Assembly: GCA_963705305.1 (NCBI GenBank)
Contig: OY970067.1
Location: 5,344,001 to 5,408,000 of the forward strand
Direction of reading: 5' to 3'
DNA: 64,000 nucleotides
Origin: an uncultured Methylomirabilota bacterium
GTDB lineage: Bacteria > Methylomirabilota > Methylomirabilia > Methylomirabilales > 2-02-FULL-66-22
Part shown: positions 39,645-48,834 of the stretch, piece after piece
Layout: every line of letters starts with the position of its first letter
Numbering within the stretch: the first letter of the stretch is position 1
Notes under the pieces: generated by a model
Database searches by the model: none
What the model was told of the DNA's origin: nothing
The model's input: the letters and a program-made list of their open reading frames with translations, nothing else
Made by a program: the position numbers and the translations under genes

Positions 39645-39750
39645 GGGAATCGGTGAATCGGAGAGCCGGTGAACCGGGGCAAGACCCCGTTTCCCCGATT
39701 CTCCGTTTCCCCGTGTCTCCGTCACCCCAGCTCCCCGGCTCCCCTGCGCC
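39645..39750. repeat. inverted arrays of degenerate 8-mers
   Basis: gggaatcg gtgaatcg gagagccg gtgaaccg then ccgtttcc ccgattct ccgtttcc ccgtgtct ccgtcacc ccagctcc ccggctcc. Confidence 0.65.
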
Positions 39751-39770
39751 CGAGCGCAGCGGTGCGGGCC

Positions 39771-40946
39771 TCAGGTCACCGCCTCCAGGATTACGCACTT
39801 CAGGTACTGCGTCTCCCTGGCGGCCAGCAGGATGGGGTGATCGGCTGCCTGCGTTCGGACTTCCAGAAGCCGGAACTCCCGGCGCGCGTCTGCGGCGGCG
39901 TCCCGGAGCATCTCCAGGAAGGTCGGCGCGTCGACATGGTAGGAGCAGGAGCTGGTCACGAGCACCCCGCCGGGCGCGACGAGCTTCATGGCTCGCAGGT
40001 TGATCTCCTTGTAGCCGCGCAGGGCGCCCGCCAGGGCCTCCCGCCCCTTGGTGAAGGCCGGCGGATCCAGGATGGCGAGGTCGAAGCGGCGCCCCTCCCG
40101 GTCCATGGCCCGCAGCTCGTCGAAGGCGTTGCCCGCCTGGAACGTACAGCAGGATGCCAGGCCGTTCTCCTCGGCCGTCCGACGCGCCCAGGCCAGGGCC
40201 GCCTCGGACAGGTCGATGCCCACCACCGAGACAGCGCCGCCAGCCGCGGCAGCCAGGGCAAAGCCTCCGGAGTAACAGAAGCAGTCCAGGACGCGCCGCC
40301 CTCTCGCCAGCCGCCTCACCGCCTGGCGATTCTCACGCTGATCCAGGAAGAAGCCGGTCTTCTGGCCCTCCGCCACCTCCACGAAAAATCGCAGGCCGGC
40401 CTCTTCCATCCACAGGCCGGTGTCGCCCCCGCCCCAGGCGAAGCCTTTCCGCAGTTCCAGGCCCTCCAGCCTTCTGGGCGGGGCATCGTTTCGCTCGTAG
40501 ATGGCCCGGGGCTGGCTCACCGCCCGGAGGGCGTTGAGGACCGGCTCGCGCAGCCGCTCCATGCCCGCGGTCAACATCTGCACCACCACCATGTCCCCAT
40601 ACCGGTCGGCGATCAGGCCGGGCAGATGGTCGGCCTCGCCATAGATCAGCCGGCAGGCATCCGGCCCCTGCCGCGATCGACCGGCCTGCTCCGCCGCCCG
40701 CCGGATGCGCTGCTCGATGAAGGCGTCGTCGATCGCCTCCTCGGTCCGGTTGAGCAGCCGTCCGGCGATCTGCGACCTCAGATTGATCATCGCCTGCCCC
40801 AGGAGCCGCCTGCGCGCATCTCGCACCTGCGCCACGGCTCCGGGCGGACCCTCGTCCTCGACACGGGCGATGTCGCTCCGGTAGATCCAGGGGTGCCCGG
40901 CCTTCAGCCGGGCTTCCTTGCCGACGGCCAGCGTGACGACGAACAC
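39771..40946 (-). CDS. rlmI: RlmI-like PUA-domain class I SAM-dependent rRNA methyltransferase
   Basis: GHPWIY, GEADHLPGLIADRY, GQKTGFFLDQRENR, ILDPPAF, TSSCS, ETQYLK. Confidence 0.88.
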   Translation of the reverse strand: MFVVTLAVGKEARLKAGHPWIYRSDIARVEDEGPPGAVAQVRDARRRLLGQAMINLRSQIAGRLLNRTEEAIDDAFIEQRIRRAAEQAGRSRQGPDACRLIYGEADHLPGLIADRYGDMVVVQMLTAGMERLREPVLNALRAVSQPRAIYERNDAPPRRLEGLELRKGFAWGGGDTGLWMEEAGLRFFVEVAEGQKTGFFLDQRENRQAVRRLARGRRVLDCFCYSGGFALAAAAGGAVSVVGIDLSEAALAWARRTAEENGLASCCTFQAGNAFDELRAMDREGRRFDLAILDPPAFTKGREALAGALRGYKEINLRAMKLVAPGGVLVTSSCSYHVDAPTFLEMLRDAAADARREFRLLEVRTQAADHPILLAARETQYLKCVILEAVT

Positions 40947-41061
40947 GGAGTCCCTCTGATGTCCGGGGATGGAGGCCGGGGATCGAACACGGATCGGAAC
41001 GAATCCGTCCCGCCCGTCGACGGTTGGGCGGAGATAGCCCCCGCGCGGGCCGGGCGTCCTT

Positions 41062-42177
41062 CTATCCCGCCATCTTGCTCCAGGGGACGTAGGGTAAGCG
41101 GTGGGCCAGCGCCACCGGCTGGTTGGTCAGTTGCCCCCGCACGACGTTCAGGCCCTTGGCGATCTCGGAATTGTCGCGCGCCGCCTGCAGCCAGCCCTTG
41201 TCCGCGATCTGCCGAATGTAGGGAAGCGTCACATTGGTCAGGGCGAAGGTGGAGCTCCGCGCGTAGGCGCCGGGCATGTTGGCGACGCAGTAGTGGACTA
41301 CCCCGTCCACCGTGTACACCGGGTCGCTGTGGGTGGTCGGATGTGTCGTCTCGCAGCACCCCCCCTGGTCCACGGCGACATCCACGATGACGGCGCCCGG
41401 CCGCATCAGCTTCAGCATGTCCCGGGTCACCAGCCTGGGCGCCTTGGCCCCGTGGATCAGCACGGCGCCGATGAGGACGTCCGCCCGCCGCAAGCACTCC
41501 TCCAGGCTCATCCGGTTGGACATCAGCGTGGTGACGTTCTCCGGCAGGACCTCGTCCAGATAGCGCATGCGCAGCGGGTTGGTCTCCAGCAGGTAGACCC
41601 AGGCCCCCATTCCGGCCGCCACCCTGGCGGCGTTGTAGCCCACGATCCCTCCGCCCAGGACAACCACCGTGGCCGGCGGGACCCCCGGCACGCCGCCCAG
41701 GAGGACCCCCCGCCCTCCCAGGGGCTTGGCGAGGTAGGTGGCCGCGATGTGCACGGCCATGCGCCCCGCGACCTCGCTCATCGGCTCCAGGAGGGGCAGC
41801 CGGCTGTCGGCCGCCTCCACGGTCTCGTAGGCGATGCCAACGATCTTCCGCCGCAGCAGCGCTTCGGTCAGGGTTCGGTCGGCGGCCAGATGGAGATAGG
41901 TGAACAGGATCTGGTCGGAGCGGAGCAGCCCGTATTCCGAGGGAAGCGGCTCCTTGACCTTGAGGATCAGGTCGGCAGCCCGGAACACCTGGCGCGCCGT
42001 TCCCGCCACCCTGCCCCCGGCCGCCTGGTAGGCCTGATCGTTGATGCCCGAGCCCACCCCAGCCCCCTTCTGGACCAGCACCGTGTGGCCGCGGGCGACC
42101 AGGGCCTGCACCGTGGCGGGAATGGCCGCCACGCGGTTCTCGTTGTCTTTGATCTCCTTCGGAACCCCGATGTTCAT
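41062..42177 (-). CDS. ald: alanine dehydrogenase
   Basis: IGVPKEIK, KVKEP, TYLHLAA, PMSEVAGR, DVAVDQGGC, YCVANMPGA. Confidence 0.97.
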   Translation of the reverse strand: MNIGVPKEIKDNENRVAAIPATVQALVARGHTVLVQKGAGVGSGINDQAYQAAGGRVAGTARQVFRAADLILKVKEPLPSEYGLLRSDQILFTYLHLAADRTLTEALLRRKIVGIAYETVEAADSRLPLLEPMSEVAGRMAVHIAATYLAKPLGGRGVLLGGVPGVPPATVVVLGGGIVGYNAARVAAGMGAWVYLLETNPLRMRYLDEVLPENVTTLMSNRMSLEECLRRADVLIGAVLIHGAKAPRLVTRDMLKLMRPGAVIVDVAVDQGGCCETTHPTTHSDPVYTVDGVVHYCVANMPGAYARSSTFALTNVTLPYIRQIADKGWLQAARDNSEIAKGLNVVRGQLTNQPVALAHRLPYVPWSKMAG

Positions 42178-42217
42178 GGAGACGCCTCCGTTCTCCCCTC
42201 CGTCGGCACCTGCCTCC

Positions 42218-43042
42218 TCATTTCCCCCAGTCCCGCGCGTACCGGAAATCCCGATCGATGGTCCGCGAGGAGACCTTGGCGATCACCGGCAGGCGCCGCT
42301 TGTACTGGGAGCCCTGAACCCTCCGGGCGACCGCGCGGACGAATTCCTCGTCGAGCCCATCCTCCTGCACAAGCTCGTCCGGCTCGTACCGCCGGTCGAC
42401 CAGCGAATAGAGGATTCGATCCACCGCTTCGTAGGTGAACCCCAGCTCCGCCTCGTCTGTTTGCCCGATCCAGAGATCGGCGCTGGGATGCTTCTCCACG
42501 ATGACCGCGGGGACTCCCACGTGGCGGGCCAGCCGCCAGACCTGGGTTTTGTACAGATCTCCGAGGGGATTCACGGCCGAGGCCATGTCGCCGTAGAGTG
42601 TTCCATAGCCCAGCAACAGCTCCGTCTTGTTGCTGGTCCCCAGCACCAGCGCATCCAGGTGCGCCGAGTGATCGAAGAGGATTGTCATGCGCTCGCGGGC
42701 CATCTTGTTGCCCCGCCGGACCTGATCGGCGTCCGGGCACATGGCAAAGTAGGCATCCACCATGGGGGTGATATCCACGGTCAGGCTGTTGATGCCCAGG
42801 GCCTCCACCACCAGCCGCGCATGCTCTGCGCTCTCCGGGTTGGACGTCCGGTACGGCATTAGCACCCCCCAGACGTTCCGGGGGCCGAGCGCCTCCGCCG
42901 CCAGGAAGGCCGCCAGGGAGGAGTCCACCCCGCCCGAAAGCCCCAGGACGACCCGCTGGAAGCCGGCTTTGCGCACCTCGTTCTCGATGAAGCCGGTGAG
43001 GATCTTGCGCACCGTCTCGCAGTTGAACTGGAGAGTGCCCAT
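42218..43042 (-). CDS. nadE: NAD+ synthetase (synthetase subunit)
   Basis: [39 protein letters not shown]. Confidence 0.96.
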   Translation of the reverse strand: MGTLQFNCETVRKILTGFIENEVRKAGFQRVVLGLSGGVDSSLAAFLAAEALGPRNVWGVLMPYRTSNPESAEHARLVVEALGINSLTVDITPMVDAYFAMCPDADQVRRGNKMARERMTILFDHSAHLDALVLGTSNKTELLLGYGTLYGDMASAVNPLGDLYKTQVWRLARHVGVPAVIVEKHPSADLWIGQTDEAELGFTYEAVDRILYSLVDRRYEPDELVQEDGLDEEFVRAVARRVQGSQYKRRLPVIAKVSSRTIDRDFRYARDWGK

Positions 43043-43045
43043 GGG

Positions 43046-43909
43046 CTACTCCGCTCCCTCGCTCCGGCCGCGGACGATCCGCCCGACCTCGCGCAGCGTG
43101 AGCTCGAGCCGCTCGTCCCGAAGCAGCGGATTGGCCATTCGCGCCCGTCGCAGGGCACCGGGCTGTAGCTCGGCCACCAGCAGCTCCGACTCCAGGTAGC
43201 GGGCTTTGGCCAGGGATTCCCCCCCGGGCGTGACCACCTCCGACCCGCCCCAGAAGCACGCGCCGTCCTCGTAGCCGACGCGATTGGCGTAAATGACGAA
43301 GCAGGTGAACAGGTCTCCGTAGGCGCGGAGGACCCGCTCCCAGGTGCCGGCGTTCTGGAACGGCGCCGTCTCGCTCTGACCCCGTCCCGGGCTGGCCGAG
43401 ACACAGACGATCACCTCGGCTCCGTCCCAGACCGCGATCCCGGGAATGGCGGGATGCCACAGGTCCTCGCAGATGAGGATGGCCATGCGGCCCAGCGCGG
43501 TGTCGAAGGCCTGAACGCGCCCCCCGGCGGCCAGGTAGCGCTGCTCGTCGAAGATCCCGTAGGTGGGGAGGTAGACCTTGCGGTGAATGTGACGGACGGC
43601 CCCGCCCTCCAGGTAGGCCGCGGCATTGTGAAACGTATGGCCGGGGGCCTCCTCTACGAAGCCCACCACGATGGCCACCCGGCGGCTCAGCTCACAGAGG
43701 GCCTGCAGCGGGGAAGATTCCGGCCTGAGAGCGACGGAGGGCACCTGGTCCTTGAGGAAGTAGCCGGTCAGGCTGAGCTCGGGGAAGACCAGCAGATTCG
43801 CCGATTGGGAGATGGCCTCCTGGGCCATCTTTTCGTGCAGGGCCAGGTTTCGCTCGAGGTCGCCCAGGGCCGGCGCGATCTGGGCCACGGCCACGCGGAA
43901 TTGCCGCAT
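43046..43909 (-). CDS. nitrilase-family C-N hydrolase, probable glutaminase subunit of a split NAD synthetase
   Basis: E-K-C triad in FPELSLTGY, HRKVYLPTY, ICEDLW; ends 3 nt before nadE. Confidence 0.9.
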   Translation of the reverse strand: MRQFRVAVAQIAPALGDLERNLALHEKMAQEAISQSANLLVFPELSLTGYFLKDQVPSVALRPESSPLQALCELSRRVAIVVGFVEEAPGHTFHNAAAYLEGGAVRHIHRKVYLPTYGIFDEQRYLAAGGRVQAFDTALGRMAILICEDLWHPAIPGIAVWDGAEVIVCVSASPGRGQSETAPFQNAGTWERVLRAYGDLFTCFVIYANRVGYEDGACFWGGSEVVTPGGESLAKARYLESELLVAELQPGALRRARMANPLLRDERLELTLREVGRIVRGRSEGAE

Positions 43910-43955
43910 CTGCTCCTCCCACTGATCGGTTCGCTGACAGGCCCAAGCCGGCTGG

Positions 43956-43984
43956 ATCGTACTACACTTGTCGTCGCAACTCAA
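43956..43984 (-). promoter_or_regulatory. candidate sigma70 promoter for nitrilase-nadE-ald
   Basis: TTGAGT-17 nt-TACGAT on the minus strand. Confidence 0.4.
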
Positions 43985-44182
43985 CTGGCCCGGCGATCCG
44001 GCCGGCGGGTGAATTCACGGCCGGCGCCCATGCCCGGACGTCCCTGCAGCCTGCTGGCCGATCCACCCTGAGGTTTCCCGGCCGTGAGTGAGCAACGGAC
44101 GAACCCTTTCATGGAAGATCTGGCTCTAACGAAATAGGGTGGACGATAGAGCGGGGAGAGACCCCGTAACGGAGGAGGACGC

Positions 44183-44398
44183 ATGCTGGAAAAGGATTTC
44201 CCGAACAACGAGCATATGGCCGAGCGGGTGCTGCGGGTCTTGGTGGGCGTCGGCGTGCTCAGCCTGGTCTTCGTGGGACCCCGCACGCTGTGGGGGCTGA
44301 TCGGCCTCATCCCGGTGGCGACCGGCTTGATCGGAAGCTGTCCGGCGTACACCCTGCTCGGAGTCAGCACCTGCCGCGTCAAGGGCGCACCCCGCTGA
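44183..44398 (+). CDS. DUF2892 (YgaP-like) membrane protein
   Basis: ERVLRVLVG..GLIPVATGLIGSCPAYTLLGVSTC. Confidence 0.9.
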   Translation: MLEKDFPNNEHMAERVLRVLVGVGVLSLVFVGPRTLWGLIGLIPVATGLIGSCPAYTLLGVSTCRVKGAPR

Positions 44399-44420
44399 CC
44401 GACGCCCCTCGGATCGGTCC

Positions 44421-45257
44421 TCAGGGGCCGGGCGAGTAGCGCAGACAAGCCGCGTACAGCGCCTCGATCGCTTTCCGGTCGGCCGCAAACGGGTCCTGAG
44501 CCTCGTGCATCTGCTCGAAGTACTTTCCCGTCTCCCGTTGACCGATCGGATCGGTGGCCAGCCATACGGGAGTCCGGGCAGCCTCCGCCGGACTGTCGTG
44601 CCCTGCGAAGCCAAGGTTGTTGCTCAGCGTGGAGCTCACGTCACCCGGGTGACAGGTGTTCACCGACACGCCGCTGGACTTCAGCCGCTCCGCGAACGCC
44701 ACTGCCAGCATTCGGTCGGCCTGCTTGGACTGGCGATAGGCCTCGCCGTTGGAGTACTGTCGCTCCGAGAATTCCAGGTCCGTGAGATCTAGGTCGCCTG
44801 CCCAGTAGCTGGCGACGACGATTACCCGGGCCGGCGCCGATCGCCGGAGATTGTCGGTGAAGGCCTGGATCATCCAGAAATAGCCGAGGACGTTGGTCGC
44901 GAATTGGAGTTCGATCCCTTCGGGGGTCTGCTGTCTCCGGCGAGGCGTCGCGCCGGCGTTGTTGACCAGGACGTGCAAGGGGCCCGTCCATCGGCCGGCC
45001 AGCGCCAGAACCGAGCTCCGTCGCGATACGTCCACGATTTCGAAGCGTACCCGAGGGTTTCCCGTTGCCTCGACAATGTCCCGAACGGCGCGGCCCCCCT
45101 TCTCTTCGCTGCGGCAGGCGACCACGACCTCGAATCCAGGAGTCGCGGCCAGTCCCAGGGCAATGGCCTTGCCGATGGCCCCGGTCCCCCCGGTCACGAT
45201 GGCCACCTTCCCGTCGGTCCCCGCTCGGGGACTCCACCCGCTGCCTGCCTCGCTCAT
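44421..45257 (-). CDS. short-chain dehydrogenase/reductase (retinol-dehydrogenase-like)
   Basis: VTGGTGAIG, VLVNNAG, YRQSK, CHPG. Confidence 0.9.
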   Translation of the reverse strand: MSEAGSGWSPRAGTDGKVAIVTGGTGAIGKAIALGLAATPGFEVVVACRSEEKGGRAVRDIVEATGNPRVRFEIVDVSRRSSVLALAGRWTGPLHVLVNNAGATPRRRQQTPEGIELQFATNVLGYFWMIQAFTDNLRRSAPARVIVVASYWAGDLDLTDLEFSERQYSNGEAYRQSKQADRMLAVAFAERLKSSGVSVNTCHPGDVSSTLSNNLGFAGHDSPAEAARTPVWLATDPIGQRETGKYFEQMHEAQDPFAADRKAIEALYAACLRYSPGP

Positions 45258-45408
45258 CTCCCCTCCTCTGGTGCGGCGGATCGTCCGACCGAGATCGCTT
45301 TCCCGCCGAACCCCGTGCCCTTCATACGGCATGCCGGCGCTCGCGTCAAGCGCGGGCCCGCCGCTGCCTCCGGTTCGGAGACGGCGGCCGGCCGGTCCGG
45401 GCTGTGGC

Positions 45409-46824
45409 TCAGACCCCGACGATCCGCTTCATGGGAATGCCGAGGCCGGCATCCCCCTCGATGACCGCGTAGGATTTGACTCCCCTGCCCCCCCGGTGCC
45501 CGGACCGCAGGAAGGTGTTCTTCATCTGCAGCTCCATGAACACGCTCTTGGGCAGGGGCTGGTCCGTCTCCTTGCACACCCGGCGCGCCAGCTCGAAGAC
45601 GTCCTCGAGCTCGTCGACCTTCCGGATGTCGCTGATGTTCAGATAGATTTCAGGGAACTCGTCCAGCTCCTTTCGCACCCAGGCCGTGTTCGAGAACCGC
45701 TCCGCGTACACGTACTCGATCCGCATGCGCAGTGCGATGCGCCGGATCTCCTCGATGGTGCGATAGAAGATCTGGATCCGGTTCTCCAGCAGGGCATCGT
45801 CTCGATCCCGCGTGTCTTCCCGAAAGGCGGGCGTCGTCTCGATGGCGTCCACCGCCAGGCACACCACCTCTCCCCGCCGGCTGGAGATCAGGAGGGGCAG
45901 CAGGTGCACCTTCATCACCAGCCGCCCATCGTGGGATACCTTGAGAATCTGGTAGTTGTAATCCAGCATCCAGGGGAACACCGTCCAGTAGATGTTCTCC
46001 ACGTTGCGATCGACCTGCTGGAATGACTTGTCGGCCGTGCAGTCCCCGATCGTCTTGCCCAGATCCAGGAATGAGACATCCCGCGTGGCGTATTCGAATT
46101 CCACATCGGTTCCCCGCACGCACACCATGTCCTCCGCGCCGGCCAGGGGGATCTGCCGGGAGATCCTCCACAGGAGCGAGGCAATTTCGTCCGCGTACAT
46201 GGCCATCCGCCTCTCCGGCGCCCCCAGCAGGTCCGCCCCGGTCAGGGCCTGGCACTCGGCCAGGAGCCTCTTGGCCATGACCGTTGCCGCCGCCTGCCCG
46301 ATGGACGCCTGCTGCGCGATGTGGGCGGGATTCCTCTGCTTCTTGTCCAACATCTCTTGAATCTTCACCAGACGGCAATCCTCGGAGATGGAGCGGAGCG
46401 TGGAGAGGGAGATCAGCCCATTCTCGGTCAGGTATCGGTCCAGGTCGATATCGAGGACCGTCTTGAGGATCGGGAGATTTTCCTGCAGCGCCCGGCGGAC
46501 GACCTGGTCGTCGTTGAGGCTGCGCAGGGCCTCGATCGTTACTTCGAAGTCCTTCTGGAAGTCCCGGTACCACCGCTGATAGAAGGAGGCCACCAGTCCT
46601 TTGAGGCTCTTTTGCTGATTCAGCAGGTTGGTGATCGCCAGGCCGAGTGACAGGTTGAGGGCCTTGCGAGGCTGCCGGGCCTTGCTGCTCGAGACCAGGC
46701 CGTAGCTGCTGGGGTACTCGCCGAAGCGCTTCCGAGCCTCCTGGAGGGGGAGGCTGATGTAGCCTTCGTCCTCCACGAACCCGCTGATGACCGGGTTGTA
46801 CTCGAGGTGGTACGATGGCGGCAT
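45409..46824 (-). CDS. hypothetical protein (471 aa)
   Basis: Long globular ORF with coding-like composition; no confident family. Confidence 0.85.
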   Translation of the reverse strand: MPPSYHLEYNPVISGFVEDEGYISLPLQEARKRFGEYPSSYGLVSSSKARQPRKALNLSLGLAITNLLNQQKSLKGLVASFYQRWYRDFQKDFEVTIEALRSLNDDQVVRRALQENLPILKTVLDIDLDRYLTENGLISLSTLRSISEDCRLVKIQEMLDKKQRNPAHIAQQASIGQAAATVMAKRLLAECQALTGADLLGAPERRMAMYADEIASLLWRISRQIPLAGAEDMVCVRGTDVEFEYATRDVSFLDLGKTIGDCTADKSFQQVDRNVENIYWTVFPWMLDYNYQILKVSHDGRLVMKVHLLPLLISSRRGEVVCLAVDAIETTPAFREDTRDRDDALLENRIQIFYRTIEEIRRIALRMRIEYVYAERFSNTAWVRKELDEFPEIYLNISDIRKVDELEDVFELARRVCKETDQPLPKSVFMELQMKNTFLRSGHRGGRGVKSYAVIEGDAGLGIPMKRIVGV

Positions 46825-46880
46825 GGATCAGTCTCTCTCCCAGCTCTGCCGGGCAGCAGAGCGGCGGCCCTGCCCGCGGC

Positions 46881-47411
46881 TCATCGGGTTTCACCCGCCT
46901 CGCCGAACGTCGCCGCTTGCCGGCGGAGAGCCGTCCCGTGCAGGCGGTACACCGTCCACTCGTCCATCGGCACCGCTCCCAGCCGCCTGTAGAAGGCGAT
47001 TGCCGGCTCGTTCCAGTCCAGCACTGACCACTCCAGGCGGCCGCATCCGCGCTGCTGGGCCAGACTGGACAGAAAGGTCAGGAAGGTCCGCCCCAGGCCC
47101 CGCCCGCGCGCCTCTGGCTTCACGTACAGATCCTCGAGATAGAGGCCCGGCCGCCCCAGGAACGTGGAGAAGTTGTGAAAGAAGACGGCAAATCCGGCGG
47201 GCTCGCCGTGCAACTCGCCGATCAGCACCTCTGCCACGCGCCGCGGGCCGAAGAGCGCCTGGCGCAGCCCCTCTTCGGTGGCGGTCACTTCGTGGGCCAG
47301 GTGCTCATACTCGGCCAGCCCCTTGATGAATGCGAGGATCAGCGGGACATCCGGCTCCGCAGCGAAGCGGAGCGTGAATCCCGGGATGGCGGTGACGATC
47401 GGCTCCCTCAC
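46881..47411 (-). CDS. GNAT N-acetyltransferase (SSAT/diamine acetyltransferase-like)
   Basis: LAEYE, FHNFSTFLGRPGLYLEDLYV, RGRGLG, WSVLDWNEPAIAFY. Confidence 0.93.
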   Translation of the reverse strand: MREPIVTAIPGFTLRFAAEPDVPLILAFIKGLAEYEHLAHEVTATEEGLRQALFGPRRVAEVLIGELHGEPAGFAVFFHNFSTFLGRPGLYLEDLYVKPEARGRGLGRTFLTFLSSLAQQRGCGRLEWSVLDWNEPAIAFYRRLGAVPMDEWTVYRLHGTALRRQAATFGEAGETR

Positions 47412-47445
47412 GATTCGGCTCCTCTGTATCGGCCTCCGTGCCCGT

Positions 47446-47530
47446 GCTCCCTCCCCGTCTCCCCCTCTCCCGCTCTCCCCATCCCTCCGACCCCTCAGCT
47501 CCTTGGCTCCCGCACCCGGAACCTGATCAC
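47446..47530. repeat. degenerate 8-mer/7-mer tandem array
   Basis: ccccgtct ccccctct cccgctct ccccatcc ctccgacc cctcagct ccttggct cccgcacc. Confidence 0.55.
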
Positions 47531-47699
47531 CGGCAGTCTGCCCGAGGCCAGACGGACGGCCTCCCCAACCTCGCCCCCCTTCCAGCCCACCAGGCGGCGC
47601 GCCAGGAGGCGCAGGACTCCCCGCGGAGGATTGGGTGGCGACGGCGGCCAATCTTTCGGCATCCCCGGTCTTCCGGCCCGCTCTCCCGGGACCCCGGCG

Positions 47700-48713
47700 T
47701 CACATCGTTCGCCCTACCGTCTCCACGAACGGGCGCAGGCTCTTCATGAGCTGGGCGAACTGTCGTGGATCGAGCGACTGGCGCCCGTCGGACAGCGCCA
47801 CCTTGGGGTCGTGGTGCACCTCCAGCAAAAGGCCGTCCGCTCCGCAGGCCACCGCGGCCCGGGCCATGGGGGCCACGTACTCCCGGATGCCGGTCCCGTG
47901 GGACGGATCCACGATGATGGGCAGGTGGCTGTGCATCTTGATGTGGGGAATGGCATTCAGGTCCAGCGTGTAGCGTGTCGCCGTCTCGAACGTCCGGATG
48001 CCGCGCTCGCACAGGATCACATTCGGGTTCCCCTCCGACAGGATGTACTCCGCCGCCAGCAGCAAGTCATCCACGGATGCCGCCATGCCGCGCTTGAGGA
48101 TGATGGGCTTCCGGCTCTGCCCCAGGGCCTTGAGCAGCCGGAAGTTCTGCATGTTCCGGGCCCCCACCTGGAAGGCCGCGGCGTAGCGCTCGACCGCCTC
48201 CACATCTCCGACCTCGACGACCTCCGTGACCGCCGGCATCGCCAGTTTCTCCGATACCGCATGCAGGATCTCGAGCCCCTCCAGCCCCAGCCCCTGGAAG
48301 CTGTACGGACTGGTGCGGGGCTTGTAGGCACCGCCGCGCAGGCACTTCGCCCCCGCCCGCTTCACCGCCTGCCCGCTGAGGAGCATCTGCCGGTGGCTCT
48401 CCACGGCGCAGGGGCCGGCGATCACCGTGAAGTGTCTTCCGCCCACAGGGACATCCCCGATCCTCACGATGGTGTCTTTGGGGTGGATCTCCCGGCTCAC
48501 CAGCTTGTAGGCGGTGAGGACCGGCGACACCTTTTCCACCTGGGGATGGTTCTCGATGTGCAGCTGGCCCAGCACCCGTTCGTCCCCGATGGCCCCCAGG
48601 ACGGTCCGTTCCGTCCCCGGCATGTAGAGCGGCTTCAGCCCCAGCGCCGCGATCTGCCGCAGGATCTCATCCGCATCCTTCTTGGTGGCCCCATGCTTCA
48701 GCACGATGATCAT
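47700..48713 (-). CDS. aroF: 3-deoxy-7-phosphoheptulonate (DAHP) synthase type I-beta with N-terminal regulatory domain
   Basis: IAGPCAVES, RGGAYKPRTSPYSFQGLG, ARNMQNF, CERGIRTF, DPSHGTG. Confidence 0.96.
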   Translation of the reverse strand: MIIVLKHGATKKDADEILRQIAALGLKPLYMPGTERTVLGAIGDERVLGQLHIENHPQVEKVSPVLTAYKLVSREIHPKDTIVRIGDVPVGGRHFTVIAGPCAVESHRQMLLSGQAVKRAGAKCLRGGAYKPRTSPYSFQGLGLEGLEILHAVSEKLAMPAVTEVVEVGDVEAVERYAAAFQVGARNMQNFRLLKALGQSRKPIILKRGMAASVDDLLLAAEYILSEGNPNVILCERGIRTFETATRYTLDLNAIPHIKMHSHLPIIVDPSHGTGIREYVAPMARAAVACGADGLLLEVHHDPKVALSDGRQSLDPRQFAQLMKSLRPFVETVGRTM

Positions 48714-48834
48714 CGAATCCCTCTCCCGTCTCGTGGAGAATTTCGCCCCATGGCCTCCCCGCCAGGCAGCCGTCCGAAAGCCGCCACCACCCGCTGCGGT
48801 GCCGGTTCCCTCTCTGCCGGAGGCAACCCCCGCG

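Noticed and set aside
39645..39750. Possible CRISPR array
   Set aside because: Units are 8 nt, degenerate and have no spacers; no cas genes in the window.
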